Source: Phoronis australis
Lineage: Eukaryota > Animalia > Phoronida
Assembly (NCBI GenBank): GCA_002633005.1
Contig: NMRA01000135.1
Coordinates: 828,649-892,648 of the forward strand
Direction: 5' to 3'
Length of the DNA stretch: 64,000 bases
The notes beneath the pieces were generated by a model. It was not told the origin of the DNA. It did no database searches and was given only the letters and a program-made list of their open reading frames with translations. The translations under genes were made by a program, and so were the position numbers. The stretch's first letter is position 1, and each line of letters opens with the position of its first letter. Shown piece after piece: positions 22,443-33,728 of the stretch.

Positions 22443-24424
22443 GGTATCCTCATCAAACGCCTATCGACTAATCTGTTAGACTGTTTTAGGGCAGGGAGTT
22501 TGTCCACTTCTTCTCGAGGTATTTCTGTGCACGATGAGTGTCAGGGGAGAGGCCGACCTGTCTTGGCTAGATCTTGTGATGTAGTTCATGATTTGGTTGA
22601 CTTGTCTACTGACATTCCTTGTACTCGGAATTCCCTTGGTGATATGGAGTGTCCAGCCTCCCTAAGTTCTGTGCTCACTCAGAATAGTCCGATTGAGTTA
22701 CCCATTACTGATACTGATGTGATTAATACCCCAGTGTTAGTTCCGGTTAATTCGATAGATAAGTCTGAGTTGGGTGGAAAAGCTGTTTCTAGTACCCAGG
22801 TTGTTGCTAATTCTGAGTCATTAGATTTTGTGCACACCCTGGTTCCGGATCCCATTTCAGGGGGGTCAAAGGTGCCCCACAACCCTGTCGTTATGCAGGA
22901 TCCACCTCCTGAGTTTGTAGATGCCCCTGTGGACACTATTAATATTCAGGAGGCGTCTTCTGGTAACACCCTACACCAACAGGCTGGCTGTCTGCTTCAC
23001 TGGAGGCAGAAGGTCACCCTTCCACAAAGGGTGAGGGATGCTGGTTCGCCATACCCTCGGATGTCGTGTGTGGCAAAAGTCCGCCAGCCACCTGGCCTGC
23101 CCCTAAAGGGTCGACGTTCGTCTGGGGCTTCGCCGTCCGCGTCCAAAGCTAAATCAGGACCACCTCCTGATTTGGCTGTAGATGCCCACTTCCATCTGGA
23201 TCGCTTGTCGGCATCCTGGGCCCGGTCTCCAATCTTTTTACTCGAAATGGAACTCGAAATTAGGTTTGACATTTTCTACTCTACTTTTGGGCGAACTCAA
23301 CATAAGTGTCTATTATTCTATGCTCGAGTACACAATAACTTACGTAGATAATTTATTGCCCTTACTTCACAGTTTGTAAACCCAATATTAAAGCAGTAAG
23401 TTCGAGTTTGAACTCGAAATTTCGAGTTTTTACTCGAGTTTGTAGCACGAATATAAGGGTCTTCAAGGGCAAACTTGAACTAGAAACTCCTATGCATAAA
23501 CTATAATGTATTCGAGCACAATCTGATAACCAATTATCTTAAGTTCGCACAAAAGGAGCAGAGAAATTGCCAAAAATAGTTTCGAGTTCGTTTCGAGTAC
23601 AAAGATTAGAGACTGGGCCCAGGGCTCAGCGTCATATCACTGAGAATAGGATGCTGACAATCGATCAGATGCTCAGCACCCAGCTGCCACGGGTTTCTCA
23701 AAAACCTGTGCGGTTGGTTGGTGGGATTGCAGTTTTCTGCGATGTGGAAAACTGGAAGTACGTTGAAGCTTCCTGTTTCCCACATGGCTGGAAGGCTGTG
23801 GTGGGCATCCACCCCAAACGGGTTGGAACAACGAATCCCGGTGTTCTGGAGCGTCTCCCCCAGCTACTAAAGGAGCCCTTTGTGGCTGGCTTAGGCGAGG
23901 TCGGTCTGGAGGCCCGGGAGGACTTGGCCATCCAAAAAGAAGCTTTGGAGGAGAAGGTGCGAATCTTTGCGGAGGTTCGGGCCAGCTCCCCCAGCTTCAA
24001 AAACAAAGTCGTGGTGATCCACCTTCGTGGTTCCTCCGACAATCCACGTTTCCTGGAGGGACAAGACTTCGTCTTTGATCTCCTGAAGCGCCACTGTGAT
24101 GCAAACTTGGGTTTGCATCTCCATTGTTTTGGAGGTGCGCCCGAGGATGTACTCCGGTGGACGGGGTTCTTTAGAAACTGCCACTTCGGCTTCGCCGGTC
24201 ATGTGCGGCCGTTTCTTAAGTTCCAAAATAAGGGATTACAAGAGGTTCCGATGAATCGACTCCTCCTGGAGTCTGATTCACCGCACCTCGCCATTGGGCC
24301 TTGCCCAATGGCGCTCCAATACCTGGGGGAAGTAGCTATGGAGGTGGCGCAGCGTTCTCGTCGTCCGCTGCGTGACATCCTGGCTGTTTCCACCAGGAAT
24401 GCCAGGCGGCTTTACCATCTCTAA
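22443..24424 (+). pseudogene. Second ORF: Ser/Pro-rich linker plus TatD-family metal-dependent nuclease, interrupted by a MITE
   Basis: Motifs DAHFHLD (~23181), VGIHP, GLGEVGLE, VVIHLR, HLHCF, FGF, RLLLESDSP and NARRLY. Deleting 23219-23622 fuses ORF 22500 and ORF 23567 in frame (...LSASW-AQRHITENR...). Confidence 0.9.
23219..23619. mobile_element. ~400-bp MITE (PIF/Harbinger or Nuwa-like, CWG site) inserted in TatD
   Basis: TIRs GGCCCGGTCTCCAATCTTTTTACTCGAAA and TTTCGAGTACAAAGATTAGAGACTGGGCC, with imperfect inversion extending ~120 bp. Flanks are CTG and CAG. It is an AT-rich island in a GC-rich ORF. Confidence 0.88.
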
Positions 24425-25295
24425 CAAATTGTTAGAGGTGGTTCAGCATCCTGGTGTGCCTGGGTCATAACCTATGCCCCAGGTTTTCTCCTAGTCCATT
24501 GGGTAACTGCCCGTTATTATAAACTCTGAGGCTGACTACGGTCTCTGGGTTTGTGCCTTACCCTTGGTCTTAGGAGAATTGTGATGTCCGTATTAAGTAG
24601 TATAATTAGTTAAGTGGCGTACTGGTCCATTATTTTTATATAGTAGTGTTATTCGTTAAAACTATATAGTATATTTTTGTTATAAGTTTTCATACTGTAT
24701 ATATAGTCTATTTATATATTCAAGACTATACTTTCTATAGTATTATGTATTAGTTGTTATAGTTTATTTTTGTATATTAAGTTAAGTTTTCTATATAGTA
24801 TATGTATGTTATGAGAGACTATATCATTTTATATCTCAATGCATCACTACTAAAGTATAATGAATACTCATTTTATGGCCAGTATGCTTTTCGTTGTTCA
24901 GTTTTTTAGTTTTTTTTTTTTAAATGTATATATTCTCTCGCCAGGTCATCACCAACAATCAGAGTGTTGTCATAGCATAGTCCAGAAATTCTATGCTCCC
25001 TGGTACTGGTATTAGTGGAGCATATTTTTCTTTTTTTTCTTTTTTAGTCATGTTCGACTACTATAATGGATATATGCTATGACTGTGTGTCTCATTAGTA
25101 TTTGTTTTTTTTTGGTAGGGGGGGGGAATAGTTAGATTAAATTTTAACCAGTAATTCTTACTTTACAAGGTCACTCCTCATCATGTTAGTTATAGGGTTT
25201 AAGGTCTTGTCACTGTTGTCTTAGGTCAAGGGTTTATGTTTAGATGTTGGGAATGACGTTCGCCATTTGCTATAAGGGCTCCACTCCTTTTCTTT

Positions 25296-25309
25296 AGGTA
25301 AGGGAGGAA
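25296..25309 (+). promoter_or_regulatory. Polypurine tract
   Basis: AGGTAAGGGAGGAA lies immediately 5' of the 3' LTR. Confidence 0.85.
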
Positions 25310-25611
25310 TGTAGCAAATGTCGACGTCAGTCTCTGCTGTGGCGTCTCTATGTTGTGATGTGCTTTTCGTGACAATGTTGGCCTTGGCCTGGTGCGACAT
25401 CTGACGCCAGAAGAGCCCAGCCGAGTTCACCCTGCTATCATGTGACCGTCACCCTTCAAGACCACGTGACAAGATCTTCTGGCTCTTCTGGAGTTCGCTG
25501 CCGTCCTGTACGGACGTAATGTGAGTATACTCCGGACTTTTCTCTTGCACCGCGTTAATAGGCCCGAACCTGTGTGCCTGTTTTAGCCAGCGACCTCTTT
25601 TTATTACAACA
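25310..25611 (+). repeat. 3' LTR
   Basis: Direct repeat of 20373-20677, preceded by a purine tract. Confidence 0.95.
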
Positions 25612-26368
25612 TTATTATTTTATTTCCACAAACCCGGTCCTCGATGAGAGTTACCAATATTAAAACTGAGCGTGTTAGCTGAATGATCGGAATATATAAA
25701 ATCATTAATTATATTAGACTGACATCTTGAAGACATAACAATGTCAACTAGCCAATAGCCTAGTCTACTTTGAGCTTTTAATTGTTTATCTCTCCACGAG
25801 TACTTCCTTATCCCAGGGTTTCTCATCCTCCATACATCTATTAAACTAAAATTTCTACAGAAATTATGAATATTGTCAATAAGATTTTTCTTATGGAGGA
25901 CGTCAGTTAGCCCAAGTTTGTCCAAGTCAGTGAGTGGGCAGCACAGAGGACATTACATAATTGGAGGTCACTCAATTCACTTTCAAGTCTAGACAGGAAG
26001 ATCAGTTGATTTCTTAAATCGTTTGAGAAATATACATTAACAAAAACGAAATCTTCCTCATAGAGTTTACATGAAACAATATTGAAGCCACCATTTTCAT
26101 CGTTTTTTACCACAATATTCCTAATGTTTTGCGAAATATTAGAATCAAATAATATAGTGGTTCCTCTACTATGTTTTGTTCCAAAGCTTGAAAAATTAAG
26201 ACCATTCCACTCTTTTTGCAGAATATGTTCAACTTCTGGACTAAAATACGTTTCCTGTAAATAAACAATGTTGAATTTGCTATGTGATATGAAATTCAAT
26301 AAACGTTTCCACTTAATATCTGAATTTAATCCCCGGACATTTAAGGATACCAGTTTTAAATTATTCAT
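25612..26368 (-). pseudogene. LINE ORF2 apurinic endonuclease domain (Tx1/L1 clade), truncated, no RT
   Basis: SLNVRGL, LQETY, VNVY, LIDVWR..NP, SRLGYW, SDHSA, RGPGLWK*NN. The reading continues for a few codons (NLLL) left of the LTR insertion at ~20368. Confidence 0.9.
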
Positions 26369-26625
26369 CTTCACAACAATAGAGAACCTCAATGCCCACC
26401 CCCCAAGAGAACTAATACAAAATATGCATCAAGTGATATCACTCCCAAATAATAACGATTACCTATCTCATTCACACACTTACCATTCACAACCGGGGGA
26501 AGGGGGGAAACGAACAACAAAGAAACAAAAATGTTCAGTTCCATATGATCGTCAATCAATCTCCGGAAAGCTTTTCTGGGTTCGATTCATTTGTCACACA
26601 ACAATGTCGCGGGGCGTAATACTGC

Positions 26626-27419
26626 TTATATGTCGTCTAAGGAATTAATTCTCTTGATGGCGCCGCTCTTTAACTTCACAAATATTTTGCCATTGGTGCT
26701 CCACGAACTGTCCACTTGTTCATGCTTGAAGGATTGTTTCAACAAGGAATAGTTTGTCGCAGTAAGATCTTCCAAAATGAATGTTCCGGTGTCTTTGGTT
26801 TTCCTCTTTGTGTAGCACTTTCGACTTGGTTTTATACGACATAAATTTGACGATGATTGGGCGCGGTTTAATCAAGGCCGATGAATGTCTGGTTGTTCTA
26901 CTATCCTTCTTTCCGACTCGGTGCACTTTGTCTATATCTTTGTCAATAACACCAATTTCCAAGATATTCTTGCAAAATTCCAACACCAGCTGTTCACAGT
27001 TTTCTTCATCATTCTCCTCTATCCCATATACCCGAACTGAAGTCGAACGCGAATACTGCTCCAGTGAATTGATCTTTTCTCTCAACATCGTATTTTCTTG
27101 TTGTAAAGCAACAATGTCTTGTTTGAAATATTGGAGCTCCTCTTTAATTGCCTGTCGTATGGAAGTGTTGAGTTTTCTCTCCAGTTGTTCCATGCGTTCA
27201 TCAAAGTTGGTAACCGTGCCCGTTGCCATGGCTGCGTGATGACTTATTGTTAGACTATTATTTGTCCACCAGTAGCTTTCCTGAGGGTTTCTCTTTAGAC
27301 TTTCATTGGTGTTATATAATCACCTGTCAGGGGATTTGGATGTGACACTTCATGGTCAAATCAAGACTGAAAAGAGTTTGTTCTTCACCACCAACTCCTA
27401 CCTTATCTACTGAATCCAT
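26626..27419 (-). pseudogene. LINE ORF1 (coiled coil, RRM-type, C-terminal domain), Tx1/L1-like
   Basis: LEQYSRSTSVRVYGIEE, IDKVHRVG, PRPIIVKF, then a frameshift to ISEDLT...WSTNGKIFVK. Confidence 0.85.
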
Positions 27420-29818
27420 TCAGATGATATGCACTCCAGCCTTTTCTACACAACTTGTTCCACATTCAGGTATCAAGAAATCTTCACACACCTCCAATAA
27501 AAGTTTTTTTTTCAAGAAAAGGGTCAGAGCTGAGAACACGTGCGTGTTGTTATCTCGATTATCTCCCCTGGCCTCCATTAGTGATCTTAATACATGTAGT
27601 GTGTGTTACCCGAACAAGAGCCGTTGGAGCACACTTTTACGATAGTTATGTTACTTATGACAGTGGACTCTGGAAAATAATAACATTCATAACAAAAAGT
27701 CAATGTTATTTTGAACACCCGTTGCATACTTGTCACTGTCAAAATCCCAGAATGAAAAAATGGGAAAATGGATTAAAAAGTGGGACATCTTGGTCTATGG
27801 CAAAATTCAAGGGTGAAATGTTCGCTGCAACACACAAAACGTCCCCACAACGTTCTTTGTCGAACAGCAGACGCAACACCCAAAAGCAACCGACGGCATT
27901 TTTTGTATTTTTAGTCCAATGGGAAATTACGTGTGCTGAAAAAAATGAAAAGTTCCGTTTTTTTCTTTTTTATCGAACGGGGAAACCAGGGTTATTTCGC
28001 GTGGAAATTACAATGGCATGCGAAAATACGTCACTTTCGCCGTGGATCAAAAAGCGAGACATTGTGATGATGTGGACGGGAAAGTTTCAAAAAGTGGGAC
28101 AGTCTGCTTAGAGCAATTGTCACGTACAACGTACGCTGTCAGTAATATTTAACGGTTATTATTCAGCCAGCAAAAACTTTTAAATAAAGTTTTGATGCAA
28201 AGTCATGGTCAGAAGAAAGGCAACACATGTCACAATCACCCCCACCCCCCANNNNNNNNNNNNNNNNNNNNNNNNNNNNNNNNNNNNNNNNNNNNNNNNN
28301 NNNNNNNNNNNNNNNNNNNNNNNNNNNNNNNNNNNNNNNNNNNNNNNNNNNNNNNNNNNNNNNNNNNNNNNNNNNNNNNNNNNNNNNNNNNNNNNNNNNN
28401 NNNNNNNNNNNNNNNNNNNNNNNNNCAACCCCACCCCCCAACCCCCACCCCAAACTATCACTGATCACTGTGTGGGAGATGCCGAAGTCGAATTTGCGAA
28501 TTAACAAAGTCATTAGCGTTTTCAGTTAGGATTATTCTCTTTAAGTTTGCTTTATGATAATAAAACCGAATGCATGCATCATTCAGCGAGTTCACTCTGT
28601 TGCAGTAAATCATTACCTCTGCCTACTATGCTTGCAAATATAAACTGTCGTCGGATTATGCCATTGGTTACATTTTTGTATATTTCAGATTCGATTCACA
28701 AGAAATATGAATGAATGTCGACTTTTTACAAAAATGATGGTAACCATAAAACGCTCGGTAGTGGTCGGCCGATCGCGGAAATTAACGAAAGTGAATTGGG
28801 TCATTGGGCACAGCTAAATCATCGACAGAAAAAGAAGAGATGCGATGGAGGAAAATGGTTGGTGAAAAACCTCTAAAAACCTTGTCTGAATTTATTTCGA
28901 TTCATATAAAAGGCTAAATAAGATATTAAAGGAGGCATTTATCAAACAAATGTAAATATTTAGTCTTGAGGTCCACAGTTACATTTAGAGCTCTTCAATT
29001 TTAGTGACACAAGTAAATTTCTGTAACGCTGTTTTTGATAGAGTAATTCTATTTTGTCACAAAAACTAAAAAAATCTCAGCAATGAGGCTTTCCTTGCAC
29101 TGAAATTTGATCCACTTGTCTGCAGTCACTAGTGAGTTTGCAGTGGCTTTGTTAACTTAGGTAATGTCTGTAAATTCCACCAGCTCAGAATTGTGAGCAG
29201 AATCCGTGAGTGACGTGAAAGTAACAAAGAGCAGTCATCCTGACAATCTATTGCTGTGTCACCAATTATACAGTCACACAATAATTCATCGTTTCAGCAA
29301 TGTCACAGCTGGTACAAACCTTCTCTTCGGTTTGAGAAACACCAAATGATTTAGGAAGCAGACATCTTGGAAATGAGAAAGACTTAATACTTTCATTGTC
29401 GCTTCATTGACTTTTCTGATAATACTGCCACCTATAGTGGCTAACAAAATATTCGAGGCTTGTATTTTCTAACTTTTAAGATTCTTACTAAACGTGTTAG
29501 TATATTCTTGGGAACTTTGTTGAAATTGACCTTTTGAACGTCTGGAGAAGGATTTAATCCACAGTTCTGAAGTAGCCACGGACGTGAAAATACAAGAGCT
29601 GAGACTATGGCCTAGAAATCTCGGGTTCGTGAGCTCTAACAATAGAATACATAGGTCACGTGCGGAGGATGGCATTCCATATCTAGAATTTTATGCACTA
29701 ACCAAATAAAGCAATCTGAGAAGTCGCCACTACAAGTATCAAAGTCAGAAAATAATTACCCCGAAATTAGTTTCAAAAGTTTGTGCTGACTTCCAAACTT
29801 TAAATTACTAACAGTTTT

Positions 29819-30080
29819 CAGTGGCGGATTTAGGTAGGGGGGCATTTGGCAGTTTGGGGTGCGAATTGGTGACTGGCATATGCGCGCACTTAAGCGGGCA
29901 CGGGGGCGAATGCACAATAGAAACCCCGTTTACCCGTTTTTTTAGTCATAAGGTTCACAAACTCAAAAATTCAAGACCCCTGCATCCCTACATTTTAGGC
30001 TGTGTGCGAATGTCATGTGGCGTAATTCTGGTTATTCCTGTGCCCTGCCCCCCCAGCTCAAAATCCTGGATCCACCCCTG
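29819..30080. mobile_element. hAT-like MITE, family A, with 5-bp TSD GTTTT
   Basis: GTTTT|CAGTGGCGGAT...ATCCACCCCTG|GTTTT. Confidence 0.82.
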
Positions 30081-30357
30081 GTTTTCCTAGATTTAGTACC
30101 TAACTGGTTCACAATTGTTCCGTTTACTTCGTGAAATCAGTGCATTTGTCGCCACACCAGTCAGCAAACATCAATCGCGCTTAAAGGCGAAGGCAACCTT
30201 TTTTCGTGTCATTTTTAGCAAAAATAGGGTTCGTTGATTATCCCAGACATATTTTTCACTTATTTACTGCTTTTCGTAATTTAATTAATTACTAGTCGTC
30301 TACTCCAGAAGTGACGTTTTGAGAGGCAAGAATTTCGCGCCAATTTCTTTTCATATA

Positions 30358-32134
30358 GACCCTATTCACGCCGACAGGAGGCGCGTTCCAAAACGAGGCT
30401 CGCTACGATAGCTCTGTTAGCTTATCGGCATAGGAGTCTGTGTTTCAGTCCGTGTTGTTCCCCGAACGGCTAGAAAAAGTACGGACACGCTTCACAATCT
30501 CTAAAGACGTTTAGATTCGGAAGCGTTGGGTCGTTGCCATACGCCGACGAAGCAAAATATGTCCGTGTAAAATAAATGTTTTCGAAAAGTTAGATCATAT
30601 TTTGTCGCGTCTCGGTCAGTCGTCAAGCATCATAGTAACGACCGGAGAATGGGCCAGCCAGGTTGTATTTTCATGACAACGGAATTAGGGGGGGGCTAAA
30701 ATTGTATCAGATCCCATTTTAGAGTTCGGGTGCGAATTGCTGATTAGCACACGTGCGCAACCAGGGGGTCTTGGGGGGTGAATAAGCAACGCATAGGCGA
30801 TGAATGAACCCCGTTTACCGTTTTTTTTTTAGTCAACAGGTCCGCAAACCCAAGAATTCAAGACCCCTGCTTCCCCAGATTTTAGGCTGGGTGCGCGCAT
30901 CTGCCGAAATGCTGCTTATTCCTGTGCCTGCCCCCCCCCCTAATTCAAAATCCTGGATCCGCCCCTGCTACGGGTTGAAACATTATAATTTTTCTTTCCA
31001 AAAAGGACAGAGCCCTCAATCCCTCAAATTTAGGGCCCAATATCGGCCCTATTCCCTCTCAAAAATATTGAAATATCACGCGAAATTCCCCCCACGAGGC
31101 ACAAAAATTCCCCTAGTGAAAAATCTCTCTGAGTTCACATAACCTGTAACCACACAGGTGACAATTTTTAAGAGCACAAAAGGCTACTTTAAAATGAGAC
31201 AGAGCCTATGAGAGCTTGCAACAGGGCGGGGGTGCTATTGATGGTGATCGGGAGGTAGACTGTTCCCGCCCTCACTCTGCGAAAAAATCGCCTCTCAGTA
31301 GGCACTAGCACCTTTCCCCTCGGATGAACGAGGTTTCTGCAGAAACATGATAACTATGATTTCATTGTCCAGTTAACTGAAATTGAGTTCTAAAACGAGG
31401 TTACGTTTTGGACGAACGAATTAGGTGTTTTAATTTTAAAATTCAACTTGGTCCAAATTGATACTTGAAATCTAACACATGAAATAGACGTAAGAATTAT
31501 TACAACCAAGAAAGCAGAATTGATGGTCAAATAATTTTTATTTTCAATTACGAGTCTGGTTTATTATTTTAATAAAAAATATATTTAATAACATCAATTA
31601 TTCTTTCAGATCAATGACAAATCAACTGTTAGTCCCAGGGAGTGCATAGGATCAGGCTATGCTTGATTTTAATATTCTTGATCAACAAATTAAACCAGAT
31701 GTGACTAATTGCACATGACAGCCACCACTGTCGAATATGTCTTCAACTCGTCAACAATACGAGCAGATGACCTGGTCCGCGTAGAAAGTATTTTGATCAA
31801 CAATTTACAAGAAAAAAGTAACCCTGCATTCAGCATAATACCTAATCCGTAACACTACGATCGCCGCAATTTGGCCATATTTACTTTTCATGTTTCGAAC
31901 TTAGTTTTCCGAGAAAAATTAAACCCTTTCGTCAGACAACTCTTTGACGCCTTAACTTGTTCTCTAATGTAATTTTCTACGTCTGTGTGGTTTAATTGTT
32001 GACACATTATTAAAATTCAGTATCCAGGTTGGACTCGAAAGACCGGCTATTTAACTCACGCAATGTCTACTTTCGCTTTGTTTATCGCAGTGAGCCTCGC
32101 TTTGGATTTTAACGTCTGCCGCGTGAATAGAGTC
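30358..32134. mobile_element. TIR element nested in the Kolobok left TIR (TATA flanks, THAP remnant), PHIS/ISL2EU-like
   Basis: TATA|GACCCTATTCACG...CGTGAATAGAGTC|TATA with ~55-bp imperfect TIRs. A degenerate SKD..IRKRWVVAIRR reading lies at ~30495-30550. Confidence 0.75.
30680..30966. mobile_element. hAT-like MITE, family A, nested copy
   Basis: Ends AAAATCCTGGATCCGCCCCTG; internal blocks match 29819-30080. Confidence 0.75.
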
Positions 32135-33728
32135 TATAGTCTGACTGTGAGAGCAGTCGAGTCGGTCATTGTTCTACCTCGGTTGTGGTAAGTTCGGTCG
32201 TGGTTTGCTTTTGCTTACGAGCCAGTCAACATGCTACGCTGTTGCTGCGTACTGGGGTGTACTCAATATCGTCTAAAGTACAGAGGAAGAACTGTCCCAC
32301 TTGGCCGAGGGTGATCTGAGCACCCAAACTGCTTACATCCCTTCGTGTGACTCCTTCGCCACACACCTGGCACCTTCTAAATAGCTCCAATACAAGTCCA
32401 CAATAAACTTATCAAACTTAGGCTCACTGATCTGTTCATTGGATGACGAACTGTCCTCTTCACTGGGTGTCGAACTGGGCCTGTTTTCACTCCCACTACT
32501 CAACATCGCTGCAGGGCTGCTTGCAGGCTTTGGTCTAGAGACAAAAGCACAAGGCGAATCACTGCTAGTTCCCGGAATTGCACGCATAATCTGACGGCAG
32601 AAAATGCTTGCCACACACTCGGTAACCCTCCACTGCTTTGTACGTTGCGTGGACGGGTAGCGCTGCGTTCTTCACATGAACGAGTTAGCCAAGTACGGCG
32701 AAGTGTGTCGTCCTTCGGAAAGCGACGCAAGGTACCCAAAGCGCGTGTGAGACGATAATGAGTACATCCCGGCACTCAGCAACAGCGTTGCATGTTGACT
32801 GACTTGTAAACAAAAGCAAACGACGACAGAACGTATCACAACCGAGGTAGAACAATGACTGGCTTGACAGCTCTCACAATCAGGCTTTAATGAAAAGAAA
32901 TTGGCGCGAAACTCTTGCATCCCATAACGTCACTTCCGGAGTAGAGGATGAGAAATTAATCAAATTACGAAAAGCTGTAATTAAGTAAAAAATGTGTCTG
33001 GGATAATCAACGAACCTTATTTTTGTTAAAAGTGACATGAAAAAGGTTGCCTTCGCCTTTAAATTACAACAGGAAGTAAACAGACCGAAGTAAGAATTGT
33101 TCGGCAAAAGTCGGTCAAGATCGGCGAAACAAGCGCTACCAGTGTATGCGATCGTCTGCGTTCTTTGTTCGTTCGTTGGCGGGAACTGAGTTAGAGTGTC
33201 ATTCAATGAATGTACATTTACGGGAAGAAATTGACGAGGTATGCATAAGATTCTGAGAATGGGGTACACAGAGCTATCTTTTTAGTCGATGATTCCGACG
33301 CCTGATTTGGCGACTTGGGATTTCTGTGATTTTCCAATTGTGGCGACCTCAGATTTCGTTTGGCAACCTGGCGTTAAGCTATGCGTCAAGGCGTCAAGCG
33401 CTCTTCAATGTGTTGCCGTCTATTTGTAGATACGAATGATGGTCCAAAAATCAGACAATCAAAAAGTGGACGAGCATTTCAGTATATTTATGTTTTATGA
33501 CATGCAATGAAGTCAGTGGTAAATGGCCACAGTAAAGGTAAGAAATCTAATCTTCAAGGAGAATGCCACCTGATTTCATTAGTCTTTCTTACCGTCTTAA
33601 TCGGTCTATATCCACATCGCCTCTTATACGGTGGACCTCACCTTGCCGGGAGGTGTCGCGTTAACCTGTGAGGAAGGTGAGAAACGACGCAACGACGTCA
33701 GTGGTTCGTCTGCAGAGTGAATGCCGCT

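Larger units (their letters stand above)
20373..25611 (+). mobile_element. Full-length pol-less LTR retrotransposon (Ty3/Gypsy-like Gag) carrying a TatD nuclease
   Basis: Two ~303-bp TG..CA direct repeats, TTAT duplication at 20369-20372 and 25612-25615, PBS, PPT, gag with CCHC knuckle and a TatD ORF. No protease, RT, RNase H or integrase motifs are visible. Confidence 0.93.
30185..33058. mobile_element. Kolobok-like DNA transposon (TTAA TSD, AG..CT ends, long TIRs, THAP remnant)
   Basis: TTAA|AGGCGAAGGCAACC...GGTTGCCTTCGCCT|TTAA. The inverted match spans 30185-30353 plus 32139-32275 versus 32750-33058. A THAP-like reading on the minus strand (CC.VPGC...FPKD..LRRTW...RVCGKHF) is frameshifted. 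Confidence 0.85.

Noticed and set aside
23567-24424. TatD as a host gene or bacterial contamination
   Set aside because: It lies between two LTRs, is intronless, is interrupted by a MITE with relatives elsewhere in the window, and the ORF-track start is inside that MITE.
27455-28111. 218-aa plus-strand ORF
   Set aside because: It has a non-ATG start, overlaps the LINE 5' end on the opposite strand, and contains no recognisable domain.
28163-28529. Several ORFs spanning C-rich sequence
   Set aside because: They are artefacts of an N gap; the same applies to the ORFs at 57889-58515 apart from the THAP part.
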